Origin: Eledone cirrhosa
Taxonomy: Eukaryota
DNA length: 64,000 nucleotides
Assembly (NCBI GenBank): GCA_964016885.1
Contig: OZ024743.1
Span: 332,010,001-332,074,000, forward strand
Direction: 5' to 3'
The notes below the pieces were generated by a model. It ran no database searches, was not told where the DNA came from, and saw only the letters and a list, made by a program, of their open reading frames with translations. A program made the translations under genes and the position numbers. Shown in pieces: positions 1-13,455 of the stretch. The stretch's first letter is position 1. Each line of letters opens with the position of its first letter.

Positions 1-3000
1 TCAGTCAAACAGTGTCCGTCAAACAGTGTCCGTCAAACAGTGTCCGTCAAACAGTGTCCGTCAAACAGTGTCAGCCGAATAGTGTCCGTCAAACAGTGTC
101 AGCCAAACAGTGTCAGCCAACCAGTGTCAGTCAAACTGTGTCAGCCAAACAGTGTCAGCCAAACAGTGTCAGCCAAACAGTGTCAGCCAAACAGTGTCAG
201 CCAAACAGTGTCAGCCAAACAGTGTCAGCCAAACAGTGTCAGCCAAACAGTGTCAGCCAAACAGTGTCAGCCAGTGTCCGTCAAACAGTGTCAGTCAAAC
301 AGTGTCAGCCAAACAGTGTCAGCCAAACAGTGTCAGCCAAACAGTGTCAGCCAAACAGTGTCAGCCAAACAGTGTCAGCCAAACAGTGTCAGCCAGTGTC
401 CGTCAAACAGTGTCAGTCAAACAGTGTCAGCCAAACAGTGTCAGCCAAACAGTGTCAGCCAAACAGTGTCAGCCAAACAGTGTCAGCCAAACAGTGTCAG
501 CCAATGTCCGTCAAACAGTGTCAGCCAAACAGTGTCAGCCAAACAGTGTCAGCCAAACAGTGTCAGCCAAACAGTGTCAGCCAAACAGTGTCAGCCAGTG
601 TCCGTCAAACAGTGTCAGTCAAACAGTGTCAGCCAAACAGTGTCAGCCAAACAGTGTCAGCCAAACAGTGTCAGCCAAACAGTGTCAGCCAGTGTCCGTC
701 AAACAGTGTCAGTCAAACAGTTTCAGCCAAACAGTGTCCGTCAAACAGTGTCAGCCAAACAATGTCAGCCAAACAGTGTCAGCCAAACGGTGTCAGCCAA
801 ACAGTGTCAGCCAAACAGTGTCAGCCAAACAGTGTCAGCCAAAGTGTGTCAGCCAAACAGTGTCAGCCAAAGTGTGTCAGCCAAACAGTGTCAGTCAAAC
901 AGTGTCCGTCAAACAGTGTCCGTCAAACAGAGTCCGCCAAACATTGTCATCCAAACAGTGTCAGCCAAACAGTGTCAGACAAACAGTGTCAGCCAAACAG
1001 TATCAGTCAAACAGTGCCAGTTAAACAGTGTCAGTCAAACAGTGTCAGCCAAACAGTGTCAGTCAAACAGTGTCCCTCAAACAGTGTCAGCCAAACAGTT
1101 TCCGTCAAACAGTGTCGCCAAACAGTGTCTGTCAAACAGTGTCAGTCAAACAGTGTCCGTCAAACAGTGTCAGCCAAAAAGTGTCAGCCAAACAGTGTCC
1201 GTCAAACAGTGTCCGTTAAACAGTGTCCGTCAAACAGTGTCCGTTAAACAATGTCCGTTAAACAATGTCCGTCAAACAGTGTCAGCCAAACAGTGTCAGC
1301 CAAACAGTGACTGTCAAACAGTGTCAGCCAAACAGTGTCAGTCAAACCGTGTCCGTTAAATGTGTCAGCCAAACAGTGTCAGGGAAACAGTGTCAGCCAA
1401 ACAGTGTCAGTCAAACAGTGTCAGCCAAACAGTGTCAGCCAAACAGTGTCAGCCAAACAGTGTCAGTCAAACAGTGTCAGCCAAACAGTGTCAGCCAAAC
1501 AGTCATCCAAACAGTGTCAGCCAAACAGTGTCATCCAAACAGTGTCAGCCAAACAGTGTCAGCCAAACAGTGTCAGCCAAACAGTGTCAGCCAAACAGTA
1601 TCAGTCAAACAGTGTCAGCTAAACAGTGTCAACCAAAGTGTCAGCCAAACTGTCCGTCAAACAGCGTCAGCCAAACAGTGTCCGTCAAACAGTGTTAGCC
1701 AAACAGTGTCCGTCAAACAGTGTCAGTCAAACAGTGTCCATCAAACATTTCAGCCAGTGTCAGTCAAACACTGTCAGCCAAACAGTGTCAGCCAAACAGT
1801 GTCAGCCAAACAGTGTCCGTCAAACAGTGTCAGCCAAACAGTGTCAGCCAAACAGTGTCTGTCAAACAGTGTCAGCCAAACAGTGCAGCCAACCTGTCAG
1901 CCACACAGTGTCAGCCAAACACTCAGCCAAACAGTGTCAGCCAAACAATGTCAGCCAAACAGTCAGTCAAACAGTGTCAGCCAAACAGTGTCAGCCAAAC
2001 GGTGTCATCCAAACAGTGTCAGCCAAACAGTGTCAGCCAAACAGTGTCAACCTAACAGTGTCAATCAAACAGTGTCCATCAAACATTTCAGCCAAACAGT
2101 GTCAGCCAAACAGTGTCCGTCAAACAGTGTCAGCCAAACAGTGTCTGTCAAACAGTGTCAGCCAAACAGTGTCAGCCAAACAGTGTCAGCCAACCTGTCA
2201 GCCAAACAGTCAGCCAAACACTGTCAGCCAAACGGTGTCAGCCAAACAGTGTCAGCCAAACAGTGTCAGCCAAACAGTGTCAGCCAAAGTGTGTCAGCCA
2301 AACAGTGTCAGTCAAACAGTGTCCGTCAAACAGTGTCCGTCAAACAGTGTCCGTCAAACAGTGTCAGCCGAATAGTGTCCGTCAAACAGTGTCAGCCAAA
2401 CAGTGTCAGCGAACCAGTGGCAGCCAAACAGTGTCCGTCAAACAGTGTCAGCCAAACAGTGTCAGTCAAACAGTGTCAGTCAAACAGTGTCAGCCAGTGT
2501 CCGTCAAACAGTGTCAGTCAAAAAGTTTCAGCCAAGCAGTGTCCGTCAAACAGTGTCAGCCAAACAGTGTCAGCCAAACAGTGTCAGCCAAACAGTGTCA
2601 GACAAACAGTGTCAGCCAAACACTGTCAGCCAAACAGTATCAGTCAAACAGTCTCAGCCAAACAGTGACAGCCAAACAGTGTCAGCCAAACAGTGTCCCT
2701 CAAACAGTGTCAGCCAAACAGTTTCCGTCAAACAGTGTCGCCAAACAGTGTCTGTCAAACAGTGTCAGCCAAAAAGTGTCAGCCAAACAGTGTCAGCCAA
2801 ACAGTGTCCGTCAAACAGTGTCCGTTAAACAGTGTCCGTCAAACAGTGTCAGCCAAACAGTGTCCGTCAAACAGTGTCAGCCAAACAGTGTCCGTCAAAC
2901 AGTGTCAGCCAAACAGTGTCCGTCAAACAGTGTCAGCCAAACAGTGTCAGCCAAACAGTGTCAGTCAAACCGTGTCAGTCAAACCGTGTCCGTCAAACAG

Positions 3001-6000
3001 TATCAGCCAAACAGTGTCATCCAAACAGTGTAAGCCAAACAGTGTCAGCCAAACACTGTCAGCCAAACAGTGTCAGCCAAACAGTATCAGTCAAACAGTG
3101 TCAGCTAAACAGTGTCAACCAAAGTGTCAGCCGAACTGTCCGTCAAACAGCGTCAGCCAAACAGTGTCCGTCAAACAGTGTTAGCCAAACAGTGTCCGTC
3201 AAACAGTGTCAGCCAAACATTGTCTGTCAAACAGTGTCTGTCAAACAGTGTCAGCCAAACAGTGTCAGCCAACCTGTCAGCCAAACAGTGTCAGCCAAAC
3301 AGTGTCCGTCAAACAGTGTCAGTCAAACAGTGTCAGTCCATTTCCGTCGAACAGTGTCAGCCAAACAGTGTGAGCCAAACAGTGTGAGCCAAACAGTGTC
3401 AACTAAACAGTGTCAGTCAAACAGTGTCAGCCAAAGTGTCACCCAAACAGTGTCAATCCAAACATTGTCAGCCAAACAGTGTCCGTCAAACAGTGTCAGT
3501 CAAACAGTGTCAGCCAAACAGTGTCCGTCAAACAGTGTAGTTAAACAGTGTCAGCCAAACAGTCAGTCAAACAGTGTCCATAAAACAGTGTCAGCCAAAT
3601 AGTGTCAGTCAAACAGTGTCAGCCAAACAGTGTCAGCCAAACAGTGTCAGCCAGTGTCCGTCAAACAGTGTCAGCCAAACAGTCAGTCAAACAGTGTCCA
3701 TAAAACAGTGTCAGCCAAATAGTGTCAGCCAAACAGTGTCAGCCAAACAGTGTCAGTCAAACAGTGTCAGCCAAACAGTGTCAGCCAGTGTCGTCAAACA
3801 GTGTCCGTCAAACAGTGTCAGTCAAACAGTTTCAGCCAAACAGTGTCCGTCAAACAGTGTCTGCCAAACAGTGTCAGCCAAACAGCATCAGCCAAACAGT
3901 GTCCGTCAAACAGTGTCAGCCAAACAATGTCAGCCAAACAATGTCAGCCAAACAGTGTCCATCAAACAGTGTCAGTCAAACAGTGTCAGTCAAACAGTGT
4001 CAGTCAAACATTGTCCGTCAAACGCTCAATATGTGACATCAGTTTAATTCCCTCAAAATACCTCCAACAGGTAAACCTTCAACAAGAAATCCAATCAAAG
4101 TCTCGTTATTAACAAAGATTCTAAATCAGTGAAGCATTCCATGTTTGTGTAATGTGTAAATTATTTTCAAAGGTCAACTTTGAATCATCAAATTATTCCA
4201 GAGGATACGTACAGCTTTTAAAATCATCTTATTGTGATTTTATTGATTTTTGCCAAACAAGCCATGAAACTTGCAAACAGTGTCCGTCAAACAGTGTCAG
4301 CCAAACAGTGTCAGCCAAACAGTGTCAGCCAAACAGTGTCAGCCAAACAGTGTCCGTCAAACAGTGTCAGCCAAACAGTGTCTGTCAAACAGTGTCAGCC
4401 AAACAGTGTCAGCCAACCTGTCTGCCAAACAGTGTCAGCCAAACAGTGTCAGCCAAACAGTGTCAGGCAAACAGTGTCAGCCAAACAATGTCAGCCAAAC
4501 AGACAGCCAAACACTGTCAGCCAAACGGTGTCATCCAAACAGTGTCAGCCAAACGGTGTCAGCCAAACAGTGTCAGTCAAACAGTGTCAGCCAAAGTGTG
4601 TCAGCCAAAGTGTGTCAGCCAAACAGTGTAACTCAAACAGTGTCAGTCAAACAGTGTCAGCCAAACAGTGTCACCCAAACTGTCAGCCAAACAGTATCAG
4701 CCAAACACTCAGTCAGTGTCAGCCAACCCGTGTCCGTCAAACAGTATCAGCCAAACAGTGTCTGTCAAACAGTGTCCGTCAAACAGTGTCCGTCAAACAG
4801 TGTCAGCCGAATAGTGTCCGCCAAACAGTGTCCGCCAAACAGTGTCAGCCAAACAGTGTCAGCCAAACAGTGTCAGCCAACCAGTGTCAGCCAAACAGTG
4901 TCCGTCAAACAGTGTCAGCCAAACAGTGTCAGTCAAACAGTGTCCGTCAAACAGTGTCAGCCAAACAGTGTCCGTCAAACAGTGTCCGTCAAACAGTGTT
5001 TAGTCAAACAGTGTCCGTCAAACAGTGTCAGCCAAACAGTCAGTCAAACAGTGTCAGCCAAACAGTGTCAGCCAAACACTCTCAGTCAGTGTCAGCCAAC
5101 CCGTGTCCGTCAAACAGTGTCAGCCAAATAGTGTCCATAAAACAGTGTCAGTCAAACAGTGTCAGTCAAACAGTGTCAGTCAAACAGTGTCAGCCAAACA
5201 GTGTCAGCCAAACAGTGTCAGCCAAACAGTGTCAGCCAGTGTCCGTCAAACAGTGTACGTCAAACAGTGTCAGTCAAACAGTTTCAGTCAAACAGTGTCT
5301 GTCAAACAGTGTCAGCCAAACATTGTCACCCAAACAGTGTCAGCCAAACAGTCTCAGCCAAACAGTCTCAGCCAAACAGTGTCAGCCAAACAGTGTCAGC
5401 CAAACAGTCAGCCAAACGGTGTCATCCAAACAGTGTCAGCCAAACGGTGTCAGCCAAACGGTGTCAGCCAAACAGTGTCAGCCAAACAGTGTCAGTCAAA
5501 CAGTGTCAGCCAAAGTGTGTCAGCCAAACAGTGTCAGTCAAACAGTGTCAGCCAAACAGTGTCAGCCAAACAGTGTCCGTCAAACAGTGTCAGCCAAACA
5601 GTGTCAGCCAAACAGTGTCCATCAAACAGTGTCAGCCAAACAGTGTCCGTCAAACAGTGTCCGTCAAACAGTGTCAGCCAAACAGTGTCTGTCAAACAGT
5701 GTCAGCCAAACAGTGTCAGCCAACCTGTCAGCCAAACAGTGTCAGACAAACAGTGTCAGCCAAACAATGTCAGCCAAACAGTCAGCCAAACGGTGTCATC
5801 CAAACAGTGTCAGCCAAACAGTGTCAGTCAAACAGTGTCAGCCAAAGTGTGTCAGCCAAACAGTGTCAGTCAAACAGTGTCAGTCAAACAGTGTCAGCCA
5901 AACAGTGTCAGCCAAACAGTGTCAGCCAAACTGTCAGCCAAACAGTATCAGCCAAACAGTATCAGCCAGTGTCAGCCAACCCGTGTCCGTCAAACAGTAT

Positions 6001-7295
6001 CAGCCAAACAGTGTCAGTCAAACAGTGTCAGCCAAACAGTGTCCGTCAAACAGTGTCCGTCAAACAGTGTCCGTCAAACAGTGTCAGCCGAATAGTGTCC
6101 GTCAAACAGTGTCAGCCAAACAGTGTCAGCCAACCAGTGTCAGCCAAACAGTGTCCGTCGAACAGTGTCAGCCAAACAGTGTCAGTCAAACAGTGTCAGT
6201 CAAACAGTGTCCGTCAAACAGTGTCAGCCAAACACTCTCAGTCAGTGTCAGCCAAACAGTGTCCGTCAAACAGTGTCAGCCAAATAGTGTCAATAAAACA
6301 GTGTCAGTCAAACAGTGTCAGCCAAACAGTGTCAGCCAAACAGTGTCAGCCAGTGTCCGTCAAACAGTGTCCGTCAAACAGTGTCCGTCAAACAGTGTCA
6401 GTCAAACAGTTTCAGCCAAACAGTGTCCGTCAAACAGTGTCAGCCAAACAGTGTCAGCCAAACAGTGTCAGCCAAACATTGTCAGTCAAACAGTGTCAGT
6501 CAAACAGTGTCAGTCAAACAGTGTCAGCCAAACAGTGTCATCCAAACAGTGTCAGTCAAATAGTGTCAGTCAAACAGTGTCAGTCAAACAGTGTCCGTCA
6601 AACAGTGTCAGCCAAACAGTGTCAGCCAAACAGTGTCAGCCAAATAGTGTCAGTCAAACAGTGTCAGCCAAACAGTGTCAGCCAAACAGTGTCAGCCAAA
6701 CAGTGTCAGCCAGTGTCCGTCAAACAGTGTCCGTCAAACAGTGTCCGTCAAACAGTGTCAGTCAAACAGTTTCAGCCAAACAGTGTCCGTCAAACAGTGT
6801 CAGCCAAACAGTGTCAGCCAAACAGTGTCAGCCAAACATTGTCAGTCAAACAGTGTCAGTCAAACAGTGTCAGTCAAACAGTGTCAGCCAAACAGTGTCA
6901 GCCAAACAGTGTCAGCCAAACAGTGTCAGTCAAATAGTGTCAGTCAAACAGTGTCAGTCAAATAGTGTCAGTCAAACAGTGTCAGCCAAACAGTGTCAGC
7001 CAAACAGTGTCAGCCAGTGTCCGTCAAACAGTGTCCGTCAAACAGTGTCCGTCAAACAGTGTCCGTCAAACAGTGTCCGTCAAACAGTGTCAGCCAAACA
7101 GTGTCCGTCAAACAGTGTCAGCCAAACAGTGTCAGCCAAACAGTGTCAGCCAAACAGCATCAGCCAAACAGTGTCCGTCAAACAGTGTCAGCCAAACAAT
7201 GTCAGCCAAACAATGTCAGCCAAACAGTGTCCATCAAACAGTGTCAGTCAAACAGTGTCAGTCAAACAGTGTCAGTCAAACAGTGTCCGTCAAAC
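1..7295. repeat. 14-bp minisatellite (CAGTGTCAGCCAAA, variants CAGTGTCCGTCAAA/CAGTGTCAGTCAAA), interrupted at 4024-4272
   Basis: Hundreds of directly visible tandem 14-mers; array continues past the window start. Confidence 0.98.
4024..4272. repeat. 249-bp unique segment duplicated at 7296-7544
   Basis: gctcaatatgtgacatc...gccatgaaactt occurs twice, 3272 bp apart; only one substitution noticed (cctcaaaata vs cctcaagata). Confidence 0.95.
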
Positions 7296-8307
7296 GCTCA
7301 ATATGTGACATCAGTTTAATTCCCTCAAGATACCTCCAACAGGTAAACCTTCAACAAGAAATCCAATCAAAGTCTCGTTATTAACAAAGATTCTAAATCA
7401 GTGAAGCATTCCATGTTTGTGTAATGTGTAAATTATTTTCAAAGGTCAACTTTGAATCATCAAATTATTCCAGAGGATACGTACAGCTTTTAAAATCATC
7501 TTATTGTGATTTTATTGATTTTTGCCAAACAAGCCATGAAACTTCCAATAAGTAAAAACTAGATGTAAAAATGGGAAAATTATTTTTGGGCTATTCCTGA
7601 TCAGATAAGCATATTGTTTGTCATGAAAAACTATTTTAGAATCAGATAAATCTAATCCCAAATTGTTTAAGAGGTATATTTGAAATAATTATTTTTTAAT
7701 AAACAAATTATGTCAACTATATTTTACATGCAGAAGTTATACAATGATGGAAAACAAAACTGAGTAATGAACAAAGAGAGGGAGGAATAAAGAAAGGCAG
7801 ATCTGGCTATAAAGGAAAGTAGTGGTAAGGACTATACATGCCATAAATGAGTGGACAAGGAGAGAAAAGGTATGGACATTAGGCTACAGAAGAAAGATAG
7901 TGAAAGGGGGGGGGGGTGATAGGCGTAGTTAATATCTTAAAATTGACAGATTATTTGGTTGTTTGTATAAATCCTTATTAATTATATTTCAATGAAGATT
8001 AGTGAAGGAGTAGGCAGCATGAAATGAAATTCTGGGGAATAACAGATCCAAAATAAAATATGTATGTAACCAAATACTTTAATCAAATACAGTGAGAAAA
8101 TGTCAATGTTGTTGATAATAAACCAATTATTTAATGTCCAGCTTCCTAATCAATATATGTTCCATCTTTCTTGAGCATTGTCAGTTTGAAGGATATAGAA
8201 GACAGCAAGACTGGGGAAATATGTATGAAACAAGATATGGAAGATGGAAAGACTGGGGATAGATGGACTGAAGAAATCATCATCATCATATGTCCATTTT
8301 TACATAT

Positions 8308-8800
8308 AAAATACACCCAGTACACTCTGTAAAGTGGTAATGCTGATATCATAATAAAATACACCCAGTACACTCTGGAAAGTGGCAGTGCTGGTGCCAT
8401 GATAAAATACACCCAGTACACACTGTAAAGTGGTTGTACCAGGATAAAATACCCCAGTACACTCTGTAAAGTGGTAATGCTGATGTCATGATAAAATACA
8501 CCCAGTACCTCTGTAAAATGGTAGTGCTGATGTCATTATAAAATACACCCAGTACACTCTGTAATGTGGAAGTGCTGGTGCCATGATAAAATACACCCAG
8601 TACACTGTTAAGTGCTAGTAGCACAATAAAATATAGTCAGTACATATGGTAAAGAGGTAGTGCCGGTGCCACTGTATACTGTGTGGAGGTGCTGATGCCA
8701 TGATAAAATACACCCACTACACACAAATGTAGTAGTGCTGGTTCCACAACAAAATGCACCCAACACACACTGTACAGTGTCAGTGCTGGTACCACAGTAT
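8308..8800 (+). repeat. About 48-50-bp tandem repeat derived from an RTE/SINE 3' UTR motif
   Basis: Repeated ataaaatacacccagtacactctgtaaagtgg units, similar to aaaagcacccagcactcactgtaaatg in the LINE 3' UTR at about 27080. Confidence 0.75.
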
Positions 8801-8889
8801 ACAGAGTAGACTGGGTGTTTATTTGTCATGTTATTAGCACAACCACCCTACAGGGCGGACAGTGCTTTTTTGATGTAGCACCAGTGTAC

Positions 8890-9405
8890 ACTTGTACAAA
8901 GACACGTGCTCACATATACATTTGTACACAAACACACTCAGACTCCCATGCACACACACATGTATGTGCACATATGCAAATACACACATATGCAAATATA
9001 CACACAGATGTATGCAAGCAAATGTGCAGATGCACACACATTTGCAGACATGTACAAAAACACACAAATATGCCAACACACACACACACGCATGAGCACA
9101 TATGTACAAATATATACATTCTCACATGTGCAGACACACATGTGCAAAAACACAGACATACACACAAACACACACATACACACACATACAAACAAACAAA
9201 CAGAAAGACACACACATATACAGACATACACATGTACAAACAGAAAGACACACGCACATATAAACACAGAAACACACACAGAAAGGCACACACAGAAACA
9301 CACACATGCACATGTACAACCAGAAAGACACACACATGTACAAACACAGAAACACATATGAACAAACACAGACACACAGATGTACAAGCACACAGACACA
9401 CACCA
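8890..9405. repeat. Degenerate (CA)n-rich low-complexity tract
   Basis: CA/AC dinucleotide-rich sequence. Confidence 0.9.
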
Positions 9406-10061
9406 ATGTAGACAGTAATCCTATTTCATATGGGATTCTAGTCAGCCATGTTGTCAGTCAAATCTCCAGTATGTACTTTGGTTAATAAATGGCAAAATAT
9501 TAAATTTCATTGGACTTCAGTCTTTCTATTTAAGTAGTAATATATATCTAAATATATATTTCACAGTAAAATAATTATATTTATGTATATTTACTACGTT
9601 ACAAACCATTTATCTAAACAAAGTTTCATGCCAAATAAATTTTAAATGTAAATCTAATTTCAAAGTAAATACACTGGAGCGCTTTGCTCAGAGTTCCCCA
9701 AACTTTGAGGAAGGGAATTTTAAGTCCCATAATATTAGGACAAAAGGAAAAATAAAAAAATACCAGGTAACAAACTTTTTTGTTGCCTTCATCTTATCAT
9801 CCAATTTGCATTTTCTTGGCCTTCTTATATGATAATGAAAATTATTGTGTACAGTGCTCAGGTGCACTACAACTCATCAAAAATGCATGTACAGTAGATA
9901 GAATAATGTACAAATGTCAGGAAAGTGTAGGAGTCATGGTATACACACAGGTACATGGATGCGTATGTATGGAGGGGGAATATCAGGTGTAAGGCTGGCG
10001 AATTTTCGGAAGCATGGAAGTTTTGAAAGATGCAGTGTCCTGACAGCATTACTTTCTGTAT

Positions 10062-10240
10062 TGGATTGGCAGTATCGGTTGAGGATCGGACATACTTTCC
10101 AGCATAGTTACGTCCCTTTACGATCTGAGTTCAAATCCTGCCGAGGTTAACTTTGCCTTTCATCCTTACGGGGTCGAAAATAAAGTACCAGTTATGTACT
10201 GGGTAATTGCTGGCCTTGTGCCAAAAGTAGAAACAATTAT
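10062..10240 (+). mobile_element. tRNA-derived SINE family 1 (Meta-domain-like core)
   Basis: ggattggcagtatcgg head, B-box-like gagttcaaatcc, core ttaactttgcctttcatccttacggggtcga, tail gtagaaacaattat; about 20 further copies in the window. Confidence 0.85.
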
Positions 10241-10477
10241 ATACCTTATAATGTATTTTATTGTGACACCAAAACTAGTGTGATAGTTAATACATATCAC
10301 AAAAGTACCTACACAACTTTGAAAGCTAACTATCAATGAAATATCATTAATATAATAACATTTGTGAAAGAGATTGTCATTGAACTTTATGGCCAGGATA
10401 GACTTGGTGGAGACTAGAGAGAGATTTCAAGAAAATGTCATCAAGATATAAACATATATTATACATGTGCCTATAGG

Positions 10478-10503
<26 letters not shown>

Positions 10504-10508
<5 letters not shown>

Positions 10509-10640
10509 GTGACCAAGAGGTTAAGGCAATGGACTACTAATCCATTGGAGACTTACCGCTTGAGTTCGAACCTTACCTTCATCGAAGCTCTGTCCTACCC
10601 ATGCTAGCATGGAAGATGGGCATTAAACGATGATGATAAT
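10504..10640 (+). pseudogene. tRNA-Ser(GCT)-derived retrocopy/SINE with RTE-type 3' tail
   Basis: gaggtgaccaagaggttaaggcaatggactactaatccattg...gagttcgaaccttaccttcatcg follows the eukaryotic tRNA-Ser(GCT) pattern with mutations; followed by cccatgctagcatggaag...(gat)n; preceded by (TA)n. Confidence 0.75.
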
Positions 10641-10724
10641 ATGCAAAAGGCAAACAGAAATAGAGCAAATGAATCAGTACAGTGAAGAAATATATTAGTT
10701 TTATGTTTGATATAATAGAAAAGA

Positions 10725-10762
10725 ATCTTGACATTTCAGATACTAGCCCTTCATCAGAAAAT
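10725..10762 (-). ncRNA. Degenerate minimal hammerhead ribozyme motif (Penelope-like)
   Basis: Minus strand atttt-CTGATGA-agggctagtatct-GAAA-tgtc-aagat; same flanking family as 61870-61947. Confidence 0.55.
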
Positions 10763-11356
10763 AGAATGAGAAATTAAAGAAATAGAAAGATTGAGGAGAC
10801 AGGGAGTGGCAGAAACAAAGAAACATTTTTTTTTAGAGAAACAACAGGTCTATTCACGTTGCCATCTCTTGGAAAACTGTTGATGCTGACGTTTTGTGTA
10901 TTATAATCTTGTTTTAAAAGGTGGTGATCGAGTTCAGTAATTATATATATCAAACAGAAGGTTATTTGTCACTGATATACAGAGAATATCAGTAAATGAT
11001 AGCTAAAAACATCAATCAGAGAATTACATATACATATAGAGAATAAGTTTTACAAAGTTGGCTAAGGGCAGACTCCTAGCAGAGCAACCTAAAATAAGTC
11101 CGCTCAACCATTAATCTCGCCATTACTGTAGTTTCATCTGATACAACAATATTAGTCATTCTATTATATAGGATGGACAATATCAAAGATATTCAGAATC
11201 ATCAGATGGCTTCTTCGAAAGTATAGATTAATATTTACTTGTTAGTAAATGGAAAAGCATTCACTGCAAGTCAGCATGGTGTGAATTTTCACACATGTAG
11301 ATCAAGCAAACAAGTAAATATTTGTACACAGGACAATGATATGCTTGCTCAATCTT

Positions 11357-12000
11357 GGTTTCTGATTTAGGCACAAGGCCAACAATTTTTGGGGGAAGGG
11401 GAAGTCAATTAAATCGACCCCAATGCCTTACTGGTACTCTATTTTATCAACCTTGTAAGGATAAAAGACAAAGCTAACCTTGGTGATATTTGAATTCAGA
11501 ATGTAAAAGGATGGAACTATGCCACAAAGCATGTCAAACACTACCAATTATAGCCATTCCACTGCCCTTATAAGAAGAAATAATAATTGTTTCTACTTTA
11601 GGCACAAGGCCAGCAATTACCCAGTACATTACTGGTACTTTATTTTATCGACCCCGTAAAGATGAAAGACACAGTCAACCTCGGCTAATGGTTTCTGATT
11701 TAGGCACAAGGACAATTTGTGTGTGGGGGGGGGGGGGGGGGGGGGGGGGCGTCAATTAAATCGACCCTAGTACATTATAGGTACTTTATTTTATCGACCC
11801 CATGAGGATGAAAGACAAAGCTAACCTTGGAGGTTTTTGAATTCAGAATGTAAAGGGATGTAACTATATGTCATAAAGTATGTTGTCCGATACTGCCAAT
11901 CCAGCACACTTGCTGTCATGCAGATAATATAAAGGGATGTAACTATATGTCATAAAGTATGTTGTCCGATGCTCTACCGATCACTGCTAATCCACCACTG
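11357..12000 (-). mobile_element. Cluster of three SINE family 1 copies/fragments
   Basis: Reverse-complement core ggtactttattttatcgacccc..aaggatgaaag at about 11430, 11635 and 11780. Confidence 0.8.
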
Positions 12001-12219
12001 TTGTAATAAGAAGAAAACAGTTTCAACACATTGCTAGTGATATAATATGAACTCCTGGCTGTTTCACCTCAAGTTTGAAACCCTATCAACATGACAATAA
12101 CATAACATGGACTACACACTTCAATCAAGAAGGAGATGAACATCTCAAAAAAGAAGCACCAAAAGTTGGACCGTTCCTCTAGATACATCATCACCATCCT
12201 ATGAGATAATACTAATGCA

Positions 12220-12540
12220 TTTTTTTTTTTTCATTTTATTTATACATAAACATATGTCAACTATGTTTTACAGACAGAAGTTATACAATGATAAAATAAG
12301 AACAAAGTGGCGCAGTGTTTTGGCTGTGTCCTGCGGACAAAACAGCAAAGGCATTTCCACAGACAATGGTTTGTGACACCTGCTGCAACAGCTACCCCAC
12401 CTCATGAGGCTCCTTCCTTAGAGGGTCTGCTGATGTTCAGATTTTACGAAGGAGCTCGGCAGTACAGGCTCCGCGGATGTCTGAGGTCTCAACGGCGACC
12501 AGTGTGAAGAGAAAACGGTCAGACAAGCACCGGTATTTGC
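12220..12540 (-). mobile_element. 3' relic of a CRE-like (restriction-like endonuclease) non-LTR retrotransposon with poly(A)
   Basis: Minus-strand translation KYRCLSDRFLFTLVAVETS...LLQQVSQTIVCGNAFAVL (stops present) matches the KY..L...F.P.AVET.G...QR.S.AI.RGNA C-terminus; AATAAA then poly(A) at about 12220-12240. Confidence 0.75.
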
Positions 12541-13093
12541 TTGAAAGATAACATATTCACTATTTTGTCTGCTGGAACCGTGAAATGTTCAAAAGACTTT
12601 ATAAAGTTTATAACCAATATTCGTTTCATGTATAATTATATTTATATAACTTGAAGGATAATATAATTTGATATTATAGAAACATGTAAATATGTAAATA
12701 TGGAAGAAATATAATGGTAATTTAATCATATATAGCAAAAATACATAAATTATATCTAATATTTATAAGTTTCAAACAAAAATTTTCAATTTCTGCCCCT
12801 CTTCTCTCTTACCAACATTGCTAGGGTTCAGTGAAGATATTCACATAAATGTTTCTAAAATATTTTTATTGAAGGTGGCAACAACCATACTGGGAAGAAT
12901 GAGGATCAGAAGAATGTGAGTGGCCAAGCAAATCAAATATTAAGGAGTTTGATTGGTTGAGCAGTGATTAGTTGAACAATGATTGATTGAACAGTGATTG
13001 CCGCCCCAAACTAAAATAACATTGAATTTATTGCAAGGCAAATATGCATTTATTGAAATAATTTGATTGAGTTATAACCGAGGATGAAGAGAT

Positions 13094-13178
<85 letters not shown>

Positions 13179-13295
13179 AAATATATGTGTGTGTATGTGT
13201 GTGTGTATGTAAGGCAGAGTTGTTAGAATAAAATGCTTTGTTGCATTTGTTCTAGCTTTCAGTGTTTTGAGTTCAAATCCTGCTGAGGCCTACCT

Positions 13296-13455
13296 GGGAG
13301 GTAGACTTTATCTGTCACCTAGTTTAACACTACCACCTGGTCCTTGGGTGGTAGACTTAGTGTATCACCCAGTTTAACACCACCACAAGGTTGTTGAGTC
13401 GTAGACTTTATCCATTACCCAGCTTAACACCCCCACATAGACCCTTGGATGGTAG
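13296..13455. repeat. About 50-bp tandem repeat, 3 copies
   Basis: gtagactt...cacc(c/t)ag(t/c)ttaacac..ccac repeated. Confidence 0.75.

Noticed and set aside
12-7384. Long ORFs up to 1024 aa (SVSQTVSAKQCQPN repeats)
   Set aside because: The 14-bp unit lacks stops in all three plus frames, so overlapping ORFs are a satellite artefact.
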